10,179 nt of DNA from a bacterium (lineage in GTDB: Bacteria; RBG-13-61-14; DATKZS01), in the NCBI GenBank assembly GCA_046484135.1, contig JAWOBU010000242.1, positions 1-10,179 on the forward strand, read 5' to 3'. Positions 1 to 8,242 of this stretch are shown one piece after another. The notes beneath the pieces are model-generated. The model made no database searches. It had not been told where the DNA came from and saw only the letters and a program-made list of their open reading frames with translations. The first letter of the stretch is position 1. Each line of letters begins with the position of its first letter. Both the position numbers and the translations under genes were made by a program.

Positions 1-381
1 GTGGAGCTCGTGATTCAAAGAGCCCATCTCCTCGCCCGGACCCGGGTCCTCCCAGCAGGAGATGTCGAACACATCCCACCCCGCCCAGTCGTTAAGGTCT
101 TTGAGACGGGAGACGGCATCAGGAACGAAAAGAGGCCGGGAACGCTTGCCACCACTCAGATAATAGTCGGGAAGTACATCACGGTCTTCCAAGAGCCGGA
201 CCACGAAAAGGTCCCGCAGAATGCGCAACAAGCGGCTGTCAACAGCTTCCGCTTCCGAAAAAGAAGCAGAGCTTCCCAACAGGGAATTAAGCCGCTGGTC
301 CTTGTAGCGCAAAGACCGGATCAGTATCCGGGACACAGGAAGATCATAACGACTTTTGGAATGTTTGTCGGGTCTGGACAT
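1..381 (-). CDS. Partial CDS running off the window's left edge; possibly the N-terminal part of an Eco57I/type IIG-like N6-adenine DNA methyltransferase
   Basis: ATG at 381 with a GAGGG Shine-Dalgarno 5 nt upstream and a sigma-70-like promoter at 405-433. The frame is open for 127 codons to position 1: MSRPDKHSKSRYDLPVSRILIRSLRYKDQRLNSLLGSSASFSEAEAVDSRLLRILRDLFVVRLLEDRDVLPDYYL...LKDLNDWAGWDVFDISCWEDPG. RILRDLFVVRLLEDRDVL resembles the 'RllFlrflEDRgil' helix that precedes the MTase domain in type IIG/Eco57I-type enzymes. The coding call is firmer than the product call. Confidence 0.6.
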   Translation of the reverse strand, partial: MSRPDKHSKSRYDLPVSRILIRSLRYKDQRLNSLLGSSASFSEAEAVDSRLLRILRDLFVVRLLEDRDVLPDYYLSGGKRSRPLFVPDAVSRLKDLNDWAGWDVFDISCWEDPGPGEEMGSLNHELH

Positions 382-404
382 AAATACCCTCTGCCGGAGC
401 AGAC

Positions 405-433
405 AAGATACCAGAAAAAAATGACCCGTACAA
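405..433 (-). promoter_or_regulatory. Putative sigma-70 promoter of the 381..1 gene
   Basis: Minus strand reads TTGTAC-N17-TATCTT with an extended -10 TG (cTGgTATCTT). The -10 ends 24 nt upstream of the ATG at 381. Confidence 0.55.
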
Positions 434-540
434 GGGCAGGAACAAAAAATCTCGTTATATCGGGAGGAGTGGAAGGTTAAAAAAGAATTGAGTCCTGAAA
501 CATGGCCGGACGAAATATGAAACAGTGGCGGAGAATCAGA

Positions 541-748
541 TCACGCCGAGGCGCCAAGGCGCATCAAGAAAACCGGGAACTTCTTTTGAATTTGAAAAGA
601 GAACATAAAACCAGTGTAGTAATCATGCGAAGCCGGAGTTTTCTAAAATCGAGGTTCCCCCCAAAGCTGGTCGGAAGATGATCTCCATTAAAAATCCAAA
701 CGGCCCCGATCTCTCTGTCTTATCTTTGCGTTTTCGCGCCCCGGGGAA
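541..748. repeat. Degenerate inverted-repeat pair (arms 541-569 and 723-748), REP-like
   Basis: Left arm TCACGCCGAGGCGCCAAGGCGCATCAAGA pairs with right arm TCTTTGCGTTTTCGCGCCCCGGGG at 21 of 24 positions (2 G-T wobbles, one 2-nt bulge). The arms are built from ~8-9-nt GGCGCCAA/CGCAAAG-like sub-repeats. Confidence 0.45.
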
Positions 749-831
749 AGGAAATCTTATCCGGCACAAGTCTGCCCGCCCCGGCCGGAGTCCATCTGTC
801 TGAGGAACGAGTAAGCCCCGCTGACGGAACC

Positions 832-1293
832 TCAATAGCGTACGTCGTTGGTGATATTGTCAAGGTCTTTGGCCTCATTCATGGTCCAAGTGTCAACAGT
901 GGGATCGGTGTCAATGTTGCCCGCGGCAATAACCATAAAGGAAGAACGGGTAGAAGCGATGCCGGTGGGCATCCCGGAAGGAAACTCCAAACGGGGACCG
1001 GTAATTACCGCCTCGTCAAGGATATAGGCGTAATTTATCACTTCCGGACTCTCCGGATGCCAGCCGATTAACTCGAATGCGTCTCCATCAGGGGTGGACT
1101 TGCCCGCATAGGTCTGGGTCTCGGCAAAGTAGGCTATCTGGCAGGTATATATGGCCCCAAGGTTGGTTTTGGCCTCTGACTGCTTGGTCTTGGCTATCAT
1201 CTTCATGAAATCGGGTATAGCCAGTGCAGACAAGATGCCGATAATAGCAACCACTATCATCAACTCGATTAGCGTAAATCCACTTGTTCGCAT
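832..1293 (-). CDS. pilA: Type IVa pilin, likely the major pilin (prepilin with class III signal peptide)
   Basis: MRTSG|FTLIELMIVVAIIGILSALAIPDF has the N-methylation site G|F with E5 and P22. KQSEAKTNL and the C-terminal AGNIDxDxxxDxW resemble Myxococcus/deltaproteobacterial PilA. Strong AAAGGAGG RBS at 1301-1308 and a canonical sigma-54 promoter upstream. Confidence 0.93.
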   Translation of the reverse strand: MRTSGFTLIELMIVVAIIGILSALAIPDFMKMIAKTKQSEAKTNLGAIYTCQIAYFAETQTYAGKSTPDGDAFELIGWHPESPEVINYAYILDEAVITGPRLEFPSGMPTGIASTRSSFMVIAAGNIDTDPTVDTWTMNEAKDLDNITNDVRY

Positions 1294-1323
1294 TTCTCGT
1301 CCTCCTTTAATCGAGTTTTAATG

Positions 1324-1340
1324 AGCAAATTGAATGCCAG
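1324..1340 (-). promoter_or_regulatory. Sigma-54 (-24/-12) promoter of pilA
   Basis: Minus strand CTGGCATTCAATTTGCT = TGGCAT-N5-TTGCT, matching TGGCAC-N5-TTGCW, ~30 nt upstream of the ATG. pilA is sigma-54-dependent in Pseudomonas, Myxococcus and Geobacter. Confidence 0.88.
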
Positions 1341-1368
1341 GCTGAAAGAAAATCAAAAACAACCATGA

Positions 1369-1381
1369 TTACAAGCAGTTA
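1369..1381 (+). promoter_or_regulatory. Putative IHF site in the pilA promoter
   Basis: TTACAAGCAGTTA versus consensus WATCARNNNNTTR (2 mismatches), preceded by an A-rich tract and lying between the -24 element and the candidate enhancer. Confidence 0.5.
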
Positions 1382-1413
1382 AAGCAAAAGCCTCCCAAGA
1401 ACCTCCCCCCCGG

Positions 1414-1434
1414 GTGACAATTTGCGACTACGAA
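1414..1434. promoter_or_regulatory. Candidate enhancer-binding-protein site(s) (UAS) for pilA
   Basis: Imperfect palindrome GTGACAATTTGCGAC (GTnnCAA-T-TTGnnAC; contains the TGTC element associated with PilR sites on the - strand), overlapping CTACGAA at 1428-1434. It lies ~75-95 bp upstream of the -24 GG. Confidence 0.4.
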
Positions 1435-1537
1435 GAGTCCGGTTTCTGGCAGGATAAAATAAGTTAAGGCAATGAACCAATCCCTTTCATTCTCCAGGCG
1501 CCAATCCTCTCGTTTTCATCATGTACTTCGCGGGGTA

Positions 1538-2338
1538 TTAAAGTTCTCCTGACCAGGCCAGGCTTATCATGAACACGCCCGCTTCCGGGTCCATGTCCCG
1601 GTTGTCGTCCACTTCATCCCGGATGTCTTCGTCCCACAGCGAACTGTACTGGTAGGCGGGGGTAAGGGAAAAACCGCCTCCCAGGCTTACGGGCAGGGCC
1701 ACGCCTGCGGACCAGTCGTGCCAGGCCGCGTGGTCCAGCGTATCGTAATAGGTCTCCACGTTCTTGCCGTTGGCGTAGCCGGCGTGAGCGGACAACTCCG
1801 CTGCCATGCTTACGCCTCCGGACTCGAACAGGTCAAAGGAGTGGGAGAGGTCAACGCTGGTGTAGTTCGCTCCTTCCGCGACCTCGTCCACGTAGCAGGT
1901 TATTGACGGCGAGAGCGGCATGTCCAGCCCCAAGCTTGCGAACACTTCGGTGGTGGGAGCGAGCCCCACGTGAGGGAAGGTATAGTTCACAAACCCCACT
2001 CCCAGAATGACCGGACCCAAGTTACGTTCGTAAGAGCCGGTATAGTCTATCTCGGTCGCGTTCCCCTCCTCATCGCCGTAACCCGCTTCTTCTCCATAAT
2101 CGGTGAGGTCCACGTTGCCCCAGAAATTCAAACTGAACCCGCCGTTTGAAAGAGTAAGCGAAGGCTGAAGCACCGCTTCCTCATTTACGGGCATGCCCCG
2201 CCAGATGTAGCGCTCAGCGTAAAGCGCTTCCAAGGAGACCTTGACCGGCTCCCCCTCTGCCTCAGCTCTCGCCGGCCACGGAAAAACAACCGCGGAAATC
2301 ATCCCTGCCAATACCGCTGTTACTACCGCCTTTTTCAT
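1538..2338 (-). CDS. Outer-membrane beta-barrel, TorF/Gcw_chp (TIGR02001)-like putative porin
   Basis: The true start is ATG 2338 with an AAAGGAG RBS; the ORF-track extension to 2458 runs through the promoter. Signal peptide MKKAVVTAVLAGMISAVVFPWPARA|E. Family-like motifs RYIWRG...VLQPSL, FWGN, TEIDYT.SY, Y.FP, TTEVFASL.LD.PLSP. Alternating amphipathic beta-strands rich in Y/W/G/D. 266 aa. Confidence 0.8.
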   Translation of the reverse strand: MKKAVVTAVLAGMISAVVFPWPARAEAEGEPVKVSLEALYAERYIWRGMPVNEEAVLQPSLTLSNGGFSLNFWGNVDLTDYGEEAGYGDEEGNATEIDYTGSYERNLGPVILGVGFVNYTFPHVGLAPTTEVFASLGLDMPLSPSITCYVDEVAEGANYTSVDLSHSFDLFESGGVSMAAELSAHAGYANGKNVETYYDTLDHAAWHDWSAGVALPVSLGGGFSLTPAYQYSSLWDEDIRDEVDDNRDMDPEAGVFMISLAWSGEL

Positions 2339-2378
2339 CTTGCTCTCTCCTTTCAAGATTTCGATTTCCCGGTTATAA

Positions 2379-2395
2379 TTCAAAAGCTGCGCCAA
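2379..2395 (-). promoter_or_regulatory. Sigma-54 (-24/-12) promoter of the porin gene, with a -12 GA variant
   Basis: Minus strand TTGGCGCAGCTTTTGAA = TGGCGC-N5-TTGAA, ~40 nt upstream of the ATG. Supported by the perfect IHF site upstream and the adjacent sigma-54 activator gene. Confidence 0.7.
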
Positions 2396-2434
2396 AATGA
2401 AACCAAAGAATAATTTCAACCGATTGAGCCGTAT

Positions 2435-2447
2435 TATCAGATAGTTA
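2435..2447 (+). promoter_or_regulatory. IHF binding site in the porin promoter
   Basis: TATCAGATAGTTA is a perfect match to WATCARNNNNTTR, ~42 bp upstream of the -24 GG in AT-rich DNA. Confidence 0.7.
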
Positions 2448-2524
2448 TAGCCAAACAATAAAGCGCCAGCTTAAAACTCAATATCTTGGATGGGCTACGA
2501 AAATGTGTTTTCTGCAAGGCAATT

Positions 2525-4081
<1,557 letters not shown>

Positions 4082-4115
4082 CCTTTTTGACTACCTCCTC
4101 GTAATATTCCACAAC

Positions 4116-4144
4116 AAAGTACCATGCTTTCAGCAAAAGAACAA
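4116..4144 (-). promoter_or_regulatory. Putative sigma-70 promoter of the NifA-like activator
   Basis: Minus strand TTGTTC-N17-TACTTT with an extended -10 TG (caTGgTACTTT), ~35 nt upstream of the ATG at 4081. Confidence 0.5.
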
Positions 4145-4159
4145 ACGAGTAGGAAAAAA

Positions 4160-4325
4160 ACCGCGCTGGAGCAGGCGGCGCGACTGGACGGATACTATGC
4201 GCTTAAGACCGATGTTTCACGCGAGCTTTGTAACGCCAAGACCGCTCATGAGCGTTCCAACCCCTCTTCCTCAACTGAAGCTTTTTGACCCCTGCAAAAA
4301 ATGGCAGGAGTCCTACCCGCTGTAA
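4160..4325 (+). pseudogene. Short IS1634-family transposase remnant
   Basis: 4160-4255 translates as TALEQAARLDGYYALKTDVSRELCNAKTAHER, matching the IS1634 motif 'eaarLDGxYvlkT-x(8-10)-vhxrYKxLxxVExxFR'. It breaks off just before the YxxLxxVE segment. Another frame then gives VPTPLPQLKLFD, resembling the IS1634 C-terminal 'PtplQxxlfdLL'. No start codon or RBS. Confidence 0.6.
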
Positions 4326-4330
4326 GGGAC

Positions 4331-4359
4331 TTGCAAAAACGCTCGAGCGTCCCTATGTT
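4331..4359 (+). promoter_or_regulatory. Putative sigma-70 promoter with a palindrome in its spacer
   Basis: TTGCAA-N17-TATGTT ending ~40 nt upstream of ATG 4401. The spacer contains the perfect 12-bp palindrome ACGCTCGAGCGT (4339-4350). Confidence 0.55.
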
Positions 4360-4400
4360 GTTGGTTAAAGAGTAAGACATCGTTTAAAAGGAGGATGAGT

Positions 4401-4961
4401 ATGTGTACCTACTTTGATTCGCCGGGCCGGGAGCACACGGACGAGGTTGTCCGGATCGTTCTTTCCGCGGCCAAGGAGAAAGGACTCGGGCACCTGGTGG
4501 TGGCCTCCACCATAGGGGACAGCTCGAAAAAGCTCATGGAGGCCGCTTCCGGACACGATGTAAAAATCATAACGGTAACGCACAACGTGGGTTTCGCGCA
4601 TGAGGGGGAAGGCGAGTTCGATTCGACCGTGCGCGAAGAGCTGGAAAAGGCGGGCCATCCCGTGCTTACCGCCACCATGGCGACACGGAACATCAACAAG
4701 GCCATATCCGCGAGGCTCGGCGGCTACTCCCAGACCGAGATCATAAACTCGACCCTGCGCATGTTCGGACAGGGAATGAAAGTCTGTCCCGAGATAGCGG
4801 CCATGGCCGCGGACGCAGGTCTCGTGCCCTGCCAAGACGTGATAGCAGTCGCCGGCACCGGCAGAGGCTGGGACACCGCCGTGGTCCTCCAGGCCAACTC
4901 ATCAAACCGCTTCTTCGACATCAAAATTAAAGAGATACTGTGCAAGCCCAGGAGCTTTTGA
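4401..4961 (+). CDS. Pyruvate kinase alpha/beta (PK_C)-like domain protein, COG1751/MTH1675 family
   Basis: Motifs YFDSPGxEHT, LVVASTxGDS, VTHNVGF, TLRMFGQGMKVCPEIxxMAADAG, IAVAGTGRGWDTA and IKEILCKP are characteristic of COG1751. Start placed at ATG 4401 because AAGGAGG (4388-4394) directly abuts the ATG at 4395. Confidence 0.88.
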   Translation: MCTYFDSPGREHTDEVVRIVLSAAKEKGLGHLVVASTIGDSSKKLMEAASGHDVKIITVTHNVGFAHEGEGEFDSTVREELEKAGHPVLTATMATRNINKAISARLGGYSQTEIINSTLRMFGQGMKVCPEIAAMAADAGLVPCQDVIAVAGTGRGWDTAVVLQANSSNRFFDIKIKEILCKPRSF

Positions 4962-4987
4962 GTCTTTTCTTTAAGGCCTTATAAACT

Positions 4988-5016
4988 TTGAACGGCCTTT
5001 GCATGTGTGCTAGCTT
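4988..5016 (+). promoter_or_regulatory. Putative sigma-70 promoter for the AAA+/vWA genes
   Basis: TTGAAC-N17-TAGCTT with an extended -10 TG (TGcTAGCTT). The predicted TSS at ~5023-5024 coincides with ATG 5024. Confidence 0.5.
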
Positions 5017-5023
5017 AAAAGCT

Positions 5024-6484
5024 ATGGGGATGGAAGATGTGCGGCGGATACGGACGCGGGGCGAGCTCCGGGAGAGCGGGTGGGAGTCCCGCACCATCAA
5101 GGAAGAGCTGGCCGCGAATGTTATTTCGTCGGTCGCTTCGGGCGATCCTTTGTTTCCCGGCATAGTGGGTTATGACCAAAGCGCCATCCCCGAGCTTGTA
5201 AACGCCATCCTGGCGGGCCATGACATCCTGATCCTGGGCGAGCGGGGCCAGGCCAAGTCGCGCATCATCCGGAGCCTGCTTTCCCTGCTTGACGAGTGGC
5301 TGCCGGTGGTCGAGGGTTGCGAGATAAACGACGACCCGTTCCGTCCGGTCTGCCGGGGCTGCCGGGAGCTCGCCGACAAGATGGGGGACGAGCTTCCCAT
5401 AAGCTGGATTTCCCGGGAAGAGAGGTACGGGGAGAAGCTGGCGACCCCGGACGTGAGCATGGCCGACCTTATCGGCGACATAGACCCGGTCAAGGTCTCC
5501 GAAGGCAGATATCTTTCGGACGAAGGGGTCATCCACTACGGCCTATTGCCGCGGGCCAACCGGGGCATCTTTGCGGTGAACGAGCTTCCGGACCTGAGCG
5601 AGAAGACGCAGGTGGGATTGTTCAACATCCTGGAGGAGCGGGACGTACAGATCAAGGGCTTCAAGGTCCGGCTTCCCCTGGATATTCTGATCGTGGCCAC
5701 TGCCAACCCGGAGGACTACACCCACCGGGGCAGGATCATCACCCCTTTAAAAGACCGCTACTCCTCCCACGTGCGGACCCACTACCCGCGCACCGGGGAG
5801 GACGAGATCAGGATAGTGGAACAGGAATCGCGGCTCCTCTGCATGGCTCCCGAAGGTCTCTTGGTACCTGAGTTTATCAAAGACATAACCATCGGCATCA
5901 CCATGGAGGCCCGCCGGTCGCCTTATATCAACCAGTCGTCCGGGGTGTCGGTGCGGATGAGCATATCCAACCTGGAGAGCGTGGTGGCCAATGCGCGGCG
6001 GCGTTCGCTTATCCAGGACGAGAAGCTGGTGGTCCCGCGGGTAAGCGATCTTTTCGCGGTGGTCCCGAGTGCACGCGGCAAGCTGGAGCTCGAGTACACG
6101 GGCGAGGAGCGGAGCGAGGAAGAGGTCATCTTGAAGCTGTTGTCCCGCTCGATCAAGTCCGCGTTCGACTCCCATTTCGATGTGGACGAGTTCGAGAGCG
6201 TAATCTCCGAGTTTGACGGGGGCGCGGTCATGGAGGTGGGCTCGAGCCTGCCTGCTTCGGAGTACATGGACTTTTATAAGTATCTCCCGGAGGTGCGTGA
6301 GTCGGTAAAGCGGCTGGGAGTGGGTGATACTCCGGCGGAGCTGGCTTCCGCGGCCGAGCTTGTGCTGGAGGGTCTTCATCTTCACCGTCGTCTCAACAAG
6401 CAGCAGATTCCGGGCGGCTCGCGTTACGGGAAGGCTGATTATCCTCCGGCGCCCGACAGCGAGGGCCTGACCGAGCTGGTTTAA
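5024..6484 (+). CDS. Magnesium chelatase subunit I (ChlI)/MoxR-like AAA+ ATPase, Rv0958-like family
   Basis: Walker A variant LGERGQAKS, RYGEKLATPD, DLIGDIDP, HYGLLPRANRGIFAVNELPDL (Walker B hhhhNE), ATANPEDYTHRGRIITPLKDR, SGVSVR, RGKLELE. Start more likely ATG 5024 or 5030 than the TTG at 4988. Confidence 0.88.
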   Translation: MGMEDVRRIRTRGELRESGWESRTIKEELAANVISSVASGDPLFPGIVGYDQSAIPELVNAILAGHDILILGERGQAKSRIIRSLLSLLDEWLPVVEGCEINDDPFRPVCRGCRELADKMGDELPISWISREERYGEKLATPDVSMADLIGDIDPVKVSEGRYLSDEGVIHYGLLPRANRGIFAVNELPDLSEKTQVGLFNILEERDVQIKGFKVRLPLDILIVATANPEDYTHRGRIITPLKDRYSSHVRTHYPRTGEDEIRIVEQESRLLCMAPEGLLVPEFIKDITIGITMEARRSPYINQSSGVSVRMSISNLESVVANARRRSLIQDEKLVVPRVSDLFAVVPSARGKLELEYTGEERSEEEVILKLLSRSIKSAFDSHFDVDEFESVISEFDGGAVMEVGSSLPASEYMDFYKYLPEVRESVKRLGVGDTPAELASAAELVLEGLHLHRRLNKQQIPGGSRYGKADYPPAPDSEGLTELV

Positions 6485-6534
6485 GGTTAATTGAATATCC
6501 TTTACTCCGAACGACTAACATAGCTGGTGAGGAC

Positions 6535-8175
6535 ATGGACGAGGTATCCATATTCACAAAGTGGGACGGTTCCCAGGAGTTGGACCTCGATTACCAGGCC
6601 ATGCTGGACAACTTCCTGGAGAAGTACATAGAGGCTGGAGACGTGTCTTTTGCCCTCCAATGGATGATGCACCAGGGCGTGCACATGCACGATCAAGTGG
6701 ACCTGGCCGGCATTGACCGCATGATACGCCAGCTCTGGCAGAAACGCAGCCGGATGCTGCGGGAGTACAACCCGGCCGAGCTTTTGAAACAGCTCCGGGA
6801 CCGCCTGGAAGAAGAAGTCATCAAGCCCGAGCTGGGTTCCATCCAAAGCCGGGAGTCAGAGATACTGGAGCGGACCAACTTTGACGCGGATGCCCTCCGC
6901 AAGGACATGAGCGACCTCATGAGCAGACAGGAAGAGTTGCAGCACTTGCCCGAGAACCTGCATGCCGCAGTGGACCAGCTTAAAGGATACGACTTTTTGA
7001 ACGAGGAGGCCCGGCAGAACTTCGAGTCCTTTCTGTCGGAGATGGAGCAGGTCCTTAACTTTATCCGGCGCAACATTTTCGGCGGTCCTAAGGAGCTGAG
7101 TTATGAGAGGGCCCGGAGTCTTATTCAGGAGCTGAAGGAGCTGGACCGGCTCATCCGGGCTCTGGAGCAAGGCCGACTGGGCCGGGTGGACTTCGAGCTT
7201 CTGGACAAGTACCTGGGCGAACAGGCCCAGCGGGCCATTCAGAGGTACATGGAGTTCAGCGAGTATTTACGGGAGTCCGGTTACGTAACCGACGAGGAGG
7301 GGGGCGCCGAACTCTCCCCTTTTGCCGTACGCAAGATAGGAGAGAAGGCGCTCCAGGACATTTACGCCCTGCTGGGAAAGGCCCCCTTCGGCTCCCACCC
7401 TTCCAGCCGGCGAGGCCGGGCAGAGCCCCTGCCGGACGCTTCCCGGCCGTGGCGGTTCGGGGACGAGTTCTCGGTTCATCTTCCCCGCACCGTGATGAAC
7501 GCTGTAATGCGGCAATGCAGCGAGGGCGGGGACCTGCGGCTTTCTCCCCGCGACTTCGAGGTTACCGAAGCCGAACACACCGCGAGCCGGGCCACTGCGC
7601 TCCTTCTGGACATGAGCCTGTCCATGTTCCAGGGCGGCCGTTTCAGCGCAGCCAAGAAAGTGGCATTGGCGCTGGACCAGCTTATCCGCAGCAAGTACCC
7701 GCGGGACAAATTCTACCTGATCGGGTTCTCGACCACCGCGGGCGGGCTTACCAGCAGAGAGCTGGCCCGCGCCGGCGGAGGCATAGGCGAGGACATCTTT
7801 ACCAATATCCAGGACGCACTGGAGTTGGCTGTGCGAATGCTGGCCCCTCACCAGGACCAGAGCCCCCAGATCATACTCATTACCGACGGCCAGCCCACCG
7901 CCTATTACGACAAGAAAAGACGGCTCCACGTGGAATGGCCCGTGTACGGGATGGCACCAGAATCGTCCCGCCATACCCTGGGAGCGGTCCGGGCGGCCAC
8001 CCGGAAAGGAGTAACCATCAATACCTTCATGCTGGACCGGCAGGACTCGCTCGTCCGCTTCGTGGAGGAAATGACCAGGATAAACCGGGGCAGGGCTTTC
8101 TTTACCGAACCCGACCGGCTGGGAAAGTACATACTCCTGGACTTCATCGCCAAAAAGAGAAAGCTGGTACAATAG
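6535..8175 (+). CDS. vWA (MIDAS) domain protein, COG4867/Rv0959-like partner of the AAA+ ATPase
   Basis: N-terminal F(T)KWDGSQ, a long helical region, RPWRFGD...LPRTVMNA, DFEVxExE, MIDAS LLDMSLSM...TNIQ...ILITDGQPTA, INTFML, INRGRAF. GGTGAGG RBS, 50 nt downstream of the ATPase. Confidence 0.9.
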   Translation: MDEVSIFTKWDGSQELDLDYQAMLDNFLEKYIEAGDVSFALQWMMHQGVHMHDQVDLAGIDRMIRQLWQKRSRMLREYNPAELLKQLRDRLEEEVIKPELGSIQSRESEILERTNFDADALRKDMSDLMSRQEELQHLPENLHAAVDQLKGYDFLNEEARQNFESFLSEMEQVLNFIRRNIFGGPKELSYERARSLIQELKELDRLIRALEQGRLGRVDFELLDKYLGEQAQRAIQRYMEFSEYLRESGYVTDEEGGAELSPFAVRKIGEKALQDIYALLGKAPFGSHPSSRRGRAEPLPDASRPWRFGDEFSVHLPRTVMNAVMRQCSEGGDLRLSPRDFEVTEAEHTASRATALLLDMSLSMFQGGRFSAAKKVALALDQLIRSKYPRDKFYLIGFSTTAGGLTSRELARAGGGIGEDIFTNIQDALELAVRMLAPHQDQSPQIILITDGQPTAYYDKKRRLHVEWPVYGMAPESSRHTLGAVRAATRKGVTINTFMLDRQDSLVRFVEEMTRINRGRAFFTEPDRLGKYILLDFIAKKRKLVQ

Positions 8176-8242
8176 ACCGGTCTTTAAACACAAGTCTTCG
8201 GAACGTAATCACGGGCAACCGGGAGTGGATGCAAAAAACCAC

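Noticed and set aside
1..480. 159-aa + strand ORF from the ORF track
   Set aside because: It is the antisense shadow of the minus-strand gene starting at 381, which has an RBS, a promoter and a recognisable motif. The + translation has no family features.
455..520. Hammerhead-ribozyme-like core TGA-GTCC-N12-GGAC-GAAA, with a possible stem III to TTATATC
   Set aside because: The invariant CUGA of CUGANGA is absent (GAATTGA instead) and no stem I can form. Probably chance. An Infernal search against Rfam hammerhead models would settle it.
623..835. 70-aa minus-strand ORF overlapping the pilA stop, considered as a split-pilin partner like Geobacter PilA-C
   Set aside because: TTG start with no RBS, no signal peptide, Arg/Pro-rich composition, and it overlaps a repeat arm. 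The pilin is already full length.
2339..2458. N-terminal extension of the porin ORF
   Set aside because: It covers the sigma-54 promoter and IHF site. The RBS and signal peptide point to ATG 2338.
5024..8175. True Mg-chelatase (bchI/bchD) or cobaltochelatase implying tetrapyrrole synthesis
   Set aside because: The motifs (EKLATPD, NELPDL, NPEDYTxRG) match the separate Rv0958-like subfamily, and no bchH/cobN or tetrapyrrole genes are nearby. The NE Walker B is typical of this family, not a sign of inactivation.
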